Assembly (NCBI GenBank): GCA_050084985.1
Contig: JBITNC010000001.1
Span: 192,200,001-192,264,000, forward strand
Direction of reading: 5' to 3'
DNA: 64,000 nt
DNA from: Nageia nagi
Lineage: Eukaryota > Plantae > Pinophyta
A program made the position numbers and the translations under genes. Below the pieces are notes generated by a model. The model saw only the letters and a program-made list of their open reading frames with translations. It was not told the origin of the DNA and did no database searches. Shown here one piece after another: positions 1 through 11,290 of the stretch. Within the stretch, counting starts at the first letter, position 1; each line of letters begins with the position of its first letter.

Positions 1-1282
1 ATTCTAGGTGTTCTCTTTGTAAATATTTTGTTTTTTGCATTATTAGATGCTCAGGATTAAAAAGTAATGGTCCATTGGAACCACATTGTGAGCCCTAAGT
101 GGGACGTTTTCCTCCCATGCTTACGATGAGTTATTATTATTTATTTGTACACTTGGAGATCCTAAATAATTAATTGTGGGAATCCCAAGTCTTGTATAGC
201 ACCTAGGATGGCATATAAGCATGGATAATAATTTAAAGCCCAAAGTTGGACTTGGGAGCACTTGTGCAGTTGTGCCAGCCTTGGGGAGACTCCTGGACCC
301 CCACGTTGGCCCATGATGACACCTAAACACCCACACATGACTCCTAGACCCACGTTAGGCATTCGTGGCACTCTAGACTCCCACGTTGGCCCATAATGAC
401 ACCAATGCACCCATGCATGACTCCTAGACCCATGTTAGGCATGCATGGCACTCTAGACCCCACATTGGCATTTATGACCCTTGGACACTCGTGTTGGGTA
501 TGCATGATCCCTAGGCACGCACATTGGACATTTTAATGCCTTTAGGAGACTAGCGTTAGATTAGGGAGGCTGGATGATGGCTTTGATGTGAGATCCAGAT
601 CCAAGATGTGTTATATAAGGCATTGGAGCCTCATTGCAGGGATATGTTGAATTTGATATTGAAACCTCTTTAACTCTTTGGAGCTTCTCAAGTCTTGGCA
701 GTATTAAGCACCCTTGGGCATGTAGACCAAGGAGAGTTTAGAAGGCTTAGAATACCTTCTCACTGTGAGGTTGCCCTACCCTAAGGTGTCCATAGTGATT
801 TGCACCTTTGAATCCATCCAGTGGCATTCTAGAACTACATTCGTCCTCTTTGTTGGGAGCTAGCCTGTGAGGAAGCCCTTTATTATGGCGTCAACAAATC
901 TGGTAGAGTGTGGTCGTTGTACAAAATATTTGCAGCAATGTACATCTTTGCACATCAGTGTGACCTAGTTGGCTCCTTGGAGTCCAACATTGAGCCCTTG
1001 AGGGCCTAGTATTGTATTGATCTCATCATTATTCTTTAATCGCACACTTGATCTCCATTCTTTGTCTCATTTTTTGGTGCGTTTGATGCAATTTTGCTTC
1101 CTTGTGTGTGACGTTGGGTAATTAAGGTGTTATTTGGTTTGTAGAGTAAGTCGGTATTTCTGGCTCATTTTTATGCATGTTTGATGCCCTATATCAGTTT
1201 GTGGATGCCTAGGAACACAATTTGACATTATTTGATATTTATTTGGCTAATTCTTGCATTGGAGAATATTTGGGATTTCACA
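1..1282 (+). mobile_element. Gypsy LTR (family C), 5' end outside the window
   Basis: Shares CCTAGTTGGCTCCTTGGAG.CCAACATTGAGCCC with copies at about 23.9, 36.5, 40.2 and 41.0 kb; ends GGGATTTCACA; GC-rich short repeats at about 295-530. Confidence 0.75.
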
Positions 1283-1420
1283 CAATATGGGTCCAATGGA
1301 CCATTAATATTCTATCCCAAGTTACTACAATTGCAACAAAGAAAAATAAGACAAATTATTTACAAAAGGGATACCAAAGATTCCAAATTTCCTCAATTTT
1401 GCTCAAAAGGGGATGTTACA
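1283..1420 (-). mobile_element. 5' end of a family C LTR, interrupted by the LTR at 1-1282
   Basis: Reverse complement begins TGTAACATCCCC and resembles 24611-24732. Confidence 0.7.
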
Positions 1421-2912
1421 AAAAATATGCAGTAAATACCAATAATTCTGAAAATGTCTAACAAACCAAGAATGTGACCTCAAAGAGCTCAAAATATCTC
1501 CAATGGGGTGACATCTCACCAAGGAGCTTACAACACCACAATAAAGATTCCAAATTCAAATTAAATTGTCTCCTTGACCTAGACGTCTCACTCCTAGGGC
1601 TAGGATGGATTCTAGGATCCGCTTTTCACTTTCAAAATTGGACAACTAGGGTAGATCTTCACTCTAACCACTCCAGGGCCATTCGAGGCTAATTTTCTGA
1701 ATAAGTATGGCATCAGGGCTTAGTTGCCAACTTGAGAGTTTGCATCCACAAGATGGTGTTTCTCCTTAGGGGTTTCATCCTTTGAGAGAGAGAGAAGCAT
1801 GTGCTCCAAAAAGGGGGTTTAAAAGACATCATCTATTATTTCAAGTGAGGCACTCATCTCCCTTTTATAGTGCTCTTTGAAGAAGCCTTTTTCTAATTTG
1901 TGGTTGGCCGACTCAACCTAGACATAAAATTACTCCTAAATAATAAATAGACATTCCTAAATTGGGCGTCCAACTTTGAGGAGTAAACAAGGTCCTCAAA
2001 TTACAAATATTGCCCACACTTAATATTAAAATAATAAAAACTCCTAATTAACTAAAAATAACTCTAACATACTTAGAGGTGTGACTTCCACCCTTGAAGT
2101 GCTCAATTTCTAGTTTTTGCACCCAAAAATGAAGCTCACAACATCATAGGGTAAAATTATGATTTTTATGTGTCCCATTAACACCAAACTTTTAAAAAAT
2201 ATAAAAATATGTAATGTCATGAATTAGTACAACAAATTCTTTCCATAAAATGTATCAATTCCAATCACAATCAGAAAAGAAACTTCAATGACAAATTGTA
2301 TGAGATCACAAGAAAGTGCAAATCTGAATTATATTGATCTCAAGATGCAAGTACAATGGCCCAGAGGGCAAAACGTCTAGCTTAGAAGGCTATATCTCAA
2401 GTGCTACAAATTGCAAATGCACCAAGAAGGCTAGCATCACATCAATAAGGCCTCTAACCCCCATATTTGAGATGAATGGAGACAAGATACACTCCCTCAA
2501 ACTTGGACACACCACTATGCAGCTCTCCCACACCCAGAATGAAAGAATAAGTGTAAGCCTCGGAATACCACGGATGGACTAAGATGCTACCGTAGATCTA
2601 GAGGCATCTCTACTCCTTTAAACCTTCCCTTGTGCTATACAAGAGTAATAAGGTGATGGGTCGCTCCGAGAGAAGACTAAGGGTGATAGAATTAGCCAAA
2701 AACCATATGATGCTCCCATGGTGTGAATCCTCCTTTTATGCTTGGACATCCCATGGGGATGTTAGATCTCACCTAGGAATCATGCCAAACTGTGCACCTC
2801 ATCCCCAAGTTCATCAATTGACCTCGAGATCATTACAACTTCTCCTAGATACCTCTAAGAGGGAGACATCCCACATTGGGCTCACAATTGGTCTCTTGGA
2901 CCCACAAGTCTC

Positions 2913-3646
2913 TGTAATGTACCAAAAATAAATATTTTTTGTAAATGTCTCCTACACTTAATTATAAAAGTGAAAAAGGAGTTCATGTGACTAGGAGACA
3001 TAACTTAAGTTGTGTTTATTTATGTTTTATATTTTTATTTTGTAATAGGGCACTTTAAGTGATTTTAGGGTTGGGAGATGTCAACTCCAAATTAGAATAT
3101 GAGCTTATAAAAGGGAAGTGGGCATCCCATTTGAGGAAGCTTGTGGATCATCTATTTTATTATTTTTGAGTGAAGGAGATTCCTTTCTCAACCCAAGTGT
3201 GCACGTTTTCATGCATATTTGGATCTCAAGGGTTGTGGGCCTTAGTCTTGGGGGTGTTTGTACATCTAGAGCTAAAGGTAGCTATTGCTTGGGAGACTTC
3301 AGGAGTTGTGGGCCTCAATCTTGGGGATGCTTGCACATCTAGAGTTGGAGGTAGCGATTTCTTGGAGAGATCTTGAGAGTTGGAGGCCTTGCATGGGAGC
3401 CTAGCCTAATTCTGTTGCATCATTTTCAGATCTGGCCAATTTGTGGCATTTTTGTGAGCTTGGATCTGCATTTGTGGCACTTCAACTATTGTATTGGTTT
3501 GACATCATTTTTTTAATCAAATTCCTTGACTGATTCTCTCCATTATTTTGCATATTTTTCTGAGTTTTGACATTGTTCCTTGGCTGCAAGTTTATTTCTG
3601 TGTTTTGAGCATTCACTTGAGCAATAAAAATAAAAGGAACATTACA
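2913..3646 (+). repeat. 5' LTR of element A
   Basis: Near-identical direct repeat of 8209-8943. Confidence 0.96.
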
Positions 3647-4621
3647 AGTGGTATCAGAGCTTGGATCTTGCCAACCTGTGGTTAGATCTAACATTTTTCA
3701 AAGATTTGGAGTTAATGTTTCTGCAAAAAATTCAGATCTTCAGTTTCTAGCATCTGGGTGTTGAATATTTTTGGGGGATCTAATAGATCAAGGAGGTTTG
3801 CATTTTAAAAGCAATTTTTCAAGGTTAAAAGGCATTTTTTAAAGAAAATCTGCATTCCTAGACTAAGTCGTCTAAGGTTGAGAGATAAGAATTGTTGGAT
3901 TGAAAGCTATTTTCAAACATAGAAAGTCTTGATCTATTATTCTAGCTAGTCAGAAAAATTTTGCTCAAGGATTCTAGGCAGAATTGGAGTTTTGAGTAAA
4001 AAAAATTTCTGCGGAATTTTCAGATCTAGCATTTTTCAGTGTTTTTCAATTGTGAGTATCTCAGTTTCAGAGTTTTTTAAAATTAGGGTTGCCAATTTTA
4101 TGGTGAAAATCATTTTGGGTATTGCAAATTCTTGGTAATTTGTTTGGTTGCAGAAAGAAACCCTAATTTCGTGGGTATCAAGAAACCCTACTGAGGGGCC
4201 ATTTGAGGCCAATTTTGGAGTTCCAACATCAGATCCAGCATACTAAGCCAAACATCTAACCCTAAGGGGTATTTTTGAGCACTTTGTATGCAATTTTAAG
4301 CTTCTAGAAGGGTCCTTTTGAGGAAAAAAAAGAAAAGTGACGTTTTTTAAATTTTCTAACAGGTGAAAGTATTTGTGGGGTGGATTTGAATACCCATTAA
4401 GCCTTACTTTGCATCGCTACCCTCAAAAAAATTCTACAAAAATGTTTGGTATGAGATCTAGCATTTCCTATGATTTTTTACCAATTTTCAGAAATTAAAT
4501 TGCAGAAATAGGGTTTGCAAAATTATTGTAGAGTTTTTCAGTTTTGGACTATCTAGGTTTTGTGGTTTGGGATTTGGTTGAAGCAAAGGTTTTTGGGGGT
4601 TGAATTGGTTAATGGTGGATC

Positions 4622-5295
4622 TTGGCACTAGTTGGCAAAAAAGAGGTGATTAAAAGGCTCAATTATGCCAATGAAAAACTTAGAATTCTCTTTCAGTCAA
4701 AAGATGCTCTTATTTGCATCTTAGAAGAAGTAGAGGATTGTCTACATATGATGGATGAGCCACATGCAGATTTAATTCCAGTGGTAAAATCATTAAGCAA
4801 GGCGAAATGGTTGAACCACAAGGATAAGGAGGTAAGAATTATGGTTGCTTCATGTTTGTGTAAAATATTGCAAATTTATGCACCTAGAACTCCTTATGAT
4901 GACAACACATTGAGAGCAATATTTTAGCTGTTGGTTGATAGTTTTGAGGGTTTAGGAAATGTTTCAAGTTCTCATTTTGCTAGAAAGGTTTCTCTACTTG
5001 AAATATTTGCAAAAACTAGATTGGGAAATCTTTTGTTAGATTTGGGAATGGATGAATTAATCTACCAAATGTTTCATCACTTCATTGCATCAGCAAGACA
5101 AAAGCATGCTAATAATGTCATTTCAGCCATGAGAGATATTATGATCTTGATTATAAATGAAGGTGATTATATTTACTAGCCACTCTTGTCCATGTTATTG
5201 GATGTTTGGAGGAGAAATTTGATTTCTACTGCAGCTGCCCATTATTTGGTTGATAGTGTTGTAAAACAGTGTGAAAAGAAGTTGAAATGCTTCTT
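4622..5295 (+). pseudogene. PDS5: Captured intronless PDS5 N-terminal domain (plant PDS5C/D/E-like) in the gag position; two in-frame TAG stops
   Basis: HKDKEVRIMVASCL..YAPRTPYDD..LVDSFEGL..SSSHFARKVSLLEIFAK..LLDLGMDELIYQMFHHF..NVISAMRDIMILII parallels plant PDS5 (HSDVDVKVAVAACI..TAPDAPYDD..IVSSFEDL..RISILETVAK..MLDLECDALLIEMFQHF); single frame with stops at 4925 and 5177. Confidence 0.88.
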
Positions 5296-5729
5296 TGGAA
5301 ATGAAGGGTCTAAGGATGATTCTACAAAATTTTCCCTTAATGATAAGGACTATGTTGATGAATCAGCTTTGGAAAATATGGAAAAAATTGAAACTGTTCA
5401 TCACAAAGAAGAGCTTGAGGTAATTTGTGCAAAAAATTCTGAAGTTGTTTCCACCACTAAAAAAGAAGAAGGCCAAATAGAAAATTTTGAAGGAGAACAT
5501 AATGAAGACATTTCAACATTGGAGCATGGTTCATCTTGCATGGCTGATTACATTCAAGAGATTGGTAATAGAGATGTCACTCTTTCACATGAGGTATGTT
5601 TCAAAAAGACCCAAAATACTTCATTTTGTACACTTGTTGGGAATGAAATCAATGAAGAACATAATAATTGCATTGGAGAATTTTCAGTTAGTGACAGTTT
5701 GAATGGAGTTAAGAGAGATTTCCAAATTG

Positions 5730-5960
5730 AGTCCTTTGGTGATCTCATTCCTTGCAATAAAGTAGTAAAGAATATAAAAATCAGCTTTGGAAACTATGAG
5801 AGTGATGAGCAATTCTTTGTTTTTCCATTGGGTGGTGTGCCTCATATGGTTTTGGGAGTCCAATGGCTTTCGTCTCTTGGTGATTATTCTACCAATTATC
5901 AAAAATTGGAATTAAAATTTTTACTAGATGGCAAGAGTATAGTGCTACAAGGAATAAGGG
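5730..5960 (+). pseudogene. C-terminal half of a gypsy aspartic protease, in frame with the PDS5 segment
   Basis: IPCNKVVKNIKISFGNY..FFVFPLGGVPHMVLGVQWLSSLG..NYQKLELKF..IVLQGI closely resembles the protease of element D; the catalytic D(S/T)G region is absent. Confidence 0.85.
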
Positions 5961-8208
5961 AAAACACATCCAAAGTTGCATGCAAAATTTTGGAAGTTTC
6001 ATACAAGTACATGGGAGGAGGACAACTCTTTGATATTCCATGTGAAGGTAAATTTATTACAGCCATGGTTCCTTCAAATAAAATGCTGATTTTTCTCATG
6101 TGGATGCATGATAGAATGTGTAGAACACTCCCGACATGGAACATTACAGAGAAATACTTTTTCATGGTCATATGTGGTATCTTTCCATCTCTTTTTATGG
6201 CTTTCATTGGTATACGCATTGTTGATACTGTTTTCGTATTTGGAGTTGTTTTTTGGAGCCTTATATGTGGAAAGAATTGCACAAAATTCTCACTTGATGG
6301 CAACCTATGAATCTGATAAAGAAATCAGAAAAATTACAGTAGGAAATGTGGACAACTGGTACACTTGTCACCTCACAATTCCACATGACATTCTCAGCTA
6401 TTTAGACAGTTGGGATAGCCAACAAAAAAGTATCATAATTGAAAGAATTCAAGGGATTATAGTTGCCTTGTTGATGAAGTTTTGGAATAGCAAAAAGGGG
6501 ATTGATTCCACACTTTATTGGGACACTTGCACATACTTAGAACATGGTTTGAAAGACAAATGGGATGAATGGGTTGCACTTCTTGTTGAACCTCGGCATA
6601 CATTGGTTCATAATTTTGTCTTGATGATTTTTGATTTCATTTTGAGAATGTGTAACAGTTATAGATGGGAAACTAATCATTTCATTTTTAGATTGTTGGA
6701 GTTGGAAGACACTTTGAGCACTTCATGGGTCTTGAAGAAGCACTTAGGCAGTCTTGATTGCATTTTTTTTACTTTTATACAGTTCATAGCACTTGTGAAA
6801 ACTCTTGAGCACACTTTGGAGCCCTTGTACATCTTCAATTCAGGTTTGATTTGGAGCACACTACATTGGAGGATTTCAAGTTGGTATTTGATTATTGACA
6901 TGCATAAGATGGCATATAGTTTTGAGATCGCAGAAGTTACACAGGAAACTGATTTGATTTGTGTGTTTCTTTGGGCATGCACAAAGGCAAGTTTTATATA
7001 TACTTGTTGTCAAAACATTAGTACATCTTCCTTCATGTTTTGTACTCCACTTTGCAAGACGTTTTGGACTGTTCTGATGACAAATGGCTTGGCTGCAATT
7101 CATATGAATATGGCTGTACATTGCATGATATTTGATGCAATAAGATTTGAGACTACTACGCATGAGTTGAAAAATTGCATGTGTTCATTTTATCAACTTA
7201 GGAAAAGTAAGATCAGAAAATTTCATATGTAAAGATGCCTCAACCAGTTATAGAAGGAAAAAGAAGATAAATTTGAACTTGAGAATCCACATAAACATTC
7301 TAAACAGGTACAAGTTGAATTCTGATTTTTATGACAGCAGCGCACTATTTCTTTTTATGCATGATTTGGATGAGCTTGTTGATAGGAAACTTGGTAAGTT
7401 TCAGAAATTGGTGTCTTGTAGTGATGCCAACCTCCACACATTTGGGAAGGTAACTTACTTCCATTTTGCCATGACTTTGAGTTATACACTTTTTGCATTG
7501 GCTGGTTTTGAAGGTGTATTCTCAGTTGTGGGAGCACATAGTCATATTTGTCTTGAGAGTGAACATGAAATTATGAAGACATATTCATCCATGGTATGCA
7601 CATTCAATTCAAGGTTACTACAACAGCATGAGAGGCCATTGGAAAGGGCATGTCTATTGAGTGTTGTAAAGAAAAACATTCCTAATGAAGTTCTTAATGT
7701 TTGGCTTGGTTTAGAAGTCATATGGGAGGAAGTAAAATGGATGTATGGCTATGATAATACTGCTGTACATACAATTTTCAGTCTCTATTTTCTTGGTATG
7801 ATTTATAGCTACACTTCATTTATGCATGGCACATTGATGGGAAACAATGAAAGCATGAGTGTAGATGATTGTGAGTCATTTATGGCTATTGGAAAGAGAA
7901 AATTAGACCTGTTACTCTTACATTGCAGCCTCTTTCTCAAAACCCCAATTAGTATTATTGTTGGTTGGTTGATGCTCATGCATAGTACAACTATAAGGGA
8001 TGGAGAATCACTCAGTTTGGCTACGTTTTGGGAGTACAAACACCATGATTTTAATGCTGTTATCAGAAAATCAGCCTTGTTATGCATTCAAAATGGGCTT
8101 GGTAACAAAGAAACAATATGGGCTTTTGACACACATAAGTGTTTGAGACAGTTTGGCTATCCAACATTGCAATTGCTTGAGGACAAGCAAATTTGAGGAG
8201 GGTGGACT

Positions 8209-8943
8209 TGTAATGTACCAAAAATAAATATTTTTTGTAAATGTCTCCTACACTTAATATATAAAAGTGAAAAAGGAGTTCATGTGACTAGGAGACATAA
8301 CTTAAGTTGTGTTTATTTATGTTTTATATTTTTATTTTGTAATAGGGCACTTTAAGTGATTTTAGGGTTGGGAGATGTCAACTCCAAATTAGAATATGAG
8401 CTTATAAAAGGGAAGTGGGCATCCCATTTGAGGAAGCTTGTGGATCATCTATTTTATTATTTTTGAGTGAAGGAGATTCCTTTCTCAACCCAAGTGTGCA
8501 CGTTTTCATGCATATTTGGATCTCAAGGGTTGTGGGCCTTAGTCTTGGGGGTGTTTGTACATCTAGAGCTAAAGGTAGCTATTGCTTGGGAGACTTCAGG
8601 AGTTGTGGGCCTCAATCTTGGGGATGCTTGCACATCTAGAGTTGGAGGTAGCGATTTCTTGGAGAGATCTTGAGAGTTGGAGGCCTTGCATGGGAGCCTA
8701 GCCTAATTCTGTTGCATCATTTTCAGATCTGGCCAATTTGTGGCATTTTTGTGAGCTTGGATCTGCATTTGTGGCACTTCAGCTATTGTATTGGTTTGAC
8801 ATCATTTTTTTAATAAAATTCCTTGACTGATTCTCTCCATTATTTTGCATATTTTTCTGAGTTTTGACATTGTTCCTTGGCTGCAAGTTTATTTCTGTGT
8901 TTTGAGCATTCACTTGAGCAATAAAAATAAAAGGAACATTACA
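8209..8943 (+). repeat. 3' LTR of element A
   Basis: Follows the PPT and precedes the TSD. Confidence 0.96.
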
Positions 8944-9849
8944 GTCTCCTATCCTGAGATATAATTAATACATAAGGACTCCTAGTTACATATTTGTAAA
9001 CAAATACAAAGTATCATCCCAAGAATAGGGACATCTCACACATAGAGACAATAACATGCTAAACCACAGCTAACAACTACAAAAAAAATGCATTAAATGC
9101 AATTAAGCACTCCTCCAAAGGAAGTATCTTACACCAAGTAGTCCACAAGTGATAACAAAGTATAATGTTTGATTTTGAGACATTACAAAATAATCCTAAA
9201 TGCTTAGAGAAACAAAATGAAGAAGATTGTCCCATCTCAAAAGGAATGGAGAAATGGAACGCTTTAATTTTGGAATATTACAATTCTGCCCTTCCCAAAT
9301 TGTTTGTCATCAAGCAATTCAAGGGTACAAATGTAGCATCCAACTCTTGCTTCTTTCCACATTCATCTTCATCTGCAAGTGTTGGCGTAGGAACAATCTT
9401 CAAATTTTTTTTCCTGGGGTTGTGGTTGATCTTTGTCTTCAAATCTTCAAGTGCCTTGCATATCTGACTGTGAAGAACCATCTTCTCTTGAACATATATG
9501 AAATCTAGTAACTCATGTGAGTTAGGAAACGTTACACCTAATGCTCCATATTCGTAGAGGTTTGTAAGAGCTGAAATTATGCTCCAAACTTCCTTATGTT
9601 GTTGTCCTGAATCCATTTTTGTAAGAAGGGCTGAATTCTATCCATCCATATGCTTCCAAATTTTCCATTACTTTGTCCCAAACTGAAAATATGTCTCTTG
9701 GGCTGCATAGGGCTGAAAGACTGTCTTCATGATCCTCCAAGGTGCTTTGTTGCTCATAAGTGCGAGGAATTTTCCTCAATGTATAGAGTTGTCCTTCCAT
9801 AATTCTAACCATGGTTCCTTGGGGTGCATTCTCCTTTATGCCTTTTAGG

Positions 9850-11290
9850 ATCACAACACTTCCTTGAATTCTAAACTTCATTTCTAGGGTCCTATAGTTG
9901 GAGGTGATTTCTCCAGGCAAATACTACCATTGTACTCCAAGTACGGAGTGTGGCAATCCTCCAAGTGAGAATACATAAAAATCGTTAATCATCGTGTAGC
10001 TTCCAAAATTTACTCTTAGTTTTTCAATTACCTTATTACATGGGGAAATTTGTCCATTTCCAATAACCACACCAAATCCTCCAAATTCCATTTTCTTAAG
10101 ATTCTTTTTATCAACAAACTCTTCATCAATGAAGTTATAAGTAGCTCCTCCATCAATAAACACTACCACTTTGTCCTTGTCAATTTCTCCTTCAACTTTA
10201 ATGGTAAGATATTGGGATGTTCCTTTAAATGTGGCAATTGTACCTTCAATATCCTTAACTTTATGTTGGGGTTCATCTATCTTAATAACATCCATCTCAT
10301 CCTCCAAATCTCCTTCAATAACCTAAACATATTAGTGTTGTGTCTTTCCTTGACAATGATGACCCGGTTCCCAACGATTCTTGTAAGTGAAACACAACTT
10401 CGTCCTTCAAAGCTCATTTCATGTTGAGTTATCCATATTCTAGGTGGCTAGCACAAAGATTGGGACTCTTGGTGGTTGAGACTTAGCTTTTCCATCCCCT
10501 TGTCCTCTCCATGATGATGATCTCAGAGTGTTGGATCTAAGCGTCTTAGAAGGTGTAGAAGCTTCTAAGCATAGTGCCCTCCTAGTGGCAGCTTGGAGTG
10601 AAGGTGGCTCAAAAGCTTCCACAAATCCTCTTATTGGAAAAAGAAACCCTTATATAAAGAAAAATATCAATCTCTTTTGTGAAATGTGAGTAACCAAAAC
10701 TGCAATGTTATGAAAATATTCGATGTATGCACTAACTGTGGTGGTTTTCTTTAGTGTAGCCAATTCCCTAAAGTATTCTTGCTCATCCTTTTGCTTAAAA
10801 AGGTCCAAAACTCTTATACTAAATTCTTCAAATGTGTGAACCTTTCCATGGCCTTGAGTGTTAAGGTCGTGATGCCACCAATCATAGGCAGAACCTTCTA
10901 AACAAAGAGATGCAAATTGTATTGCTTTCTCTTTGTCCATGGGATTGAGTGAGAAGTATGTTCGGAGTTTTTGTAACCAAGCTCTAGCAGAAGTCTTTTC
11001 TCCTTCGTCAAACATAGGTATTTGCATCTTCTATTGCAACTCCTTTATGTCATAGGGTCTCTATGTGTGTCATTCCTTCTATTAATTTCCACAAATGTTT
11101 GGAAATTAACCATTCCTTTGAACTCTTCATCCTTCGCTAAGTATTGTTGGAACAATTCATCAATGTCTAATGTAGTCAATGTCTCTCTTAGGGTAAACAT
11201 GGGTCGAGAAGGATGTGGTAATGGCGCATGGGAATATTGGACTGATCTTTCACTTATCAGGGGTAGAGTTTCTTGGCAATCCTCCCTCAA
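9850..11290 (-). pseudogene. gag: Degenerate gag-protease of element D
   Basis: Retrotransposon gag motifs, CFTYKNRWEPGHHC knuckle-like segment, protease IDGGATYNF; frameshifts and stops. Confidence 0.85.

Larger units (their letters stand above)
2913..8943 (+). mobile_element. Intact, young non-autonomous LTR retrotransposon A carrying PDS5 cargo
   Basis: LTRs 2913-3646 and 8209-8943 (TGTAATG..CATTACA, about 3 differences seen); PBS TGGTATCAGAGC 3649-3660; PPT 8195-8206; TSD GTCTC at 2908-2912 and 8944-8948. Confidence 0.96.
2210..9187. mobile_element. Solo LTR E (about 940 bp: 2210-2912 plus 8949-9187), inserted in the 3' LTR of D and itself interrupted by element A
   Basis: TGTAATGTC...GACATTACA termini; TSD AAATA at 2205-2209 and 9188-9192. 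Confidence 0.8.

Noticed and set aside
3118-3376. Small ORFs duplicated at 8415-8673
   Set aside because: Incidental frames within near-identical LTRs
5177-5179. Shared programmed read-through stop in both PDS5 copies
   Set aside because: The TAG in the second copy (41751-41753) aligns one codon away, so these are independent mutations
4622-6310. Genuine host PDS5 gene
   Set aside because: Intronless, has stops, lies between PBS and PPT and is fused to a protease remnant
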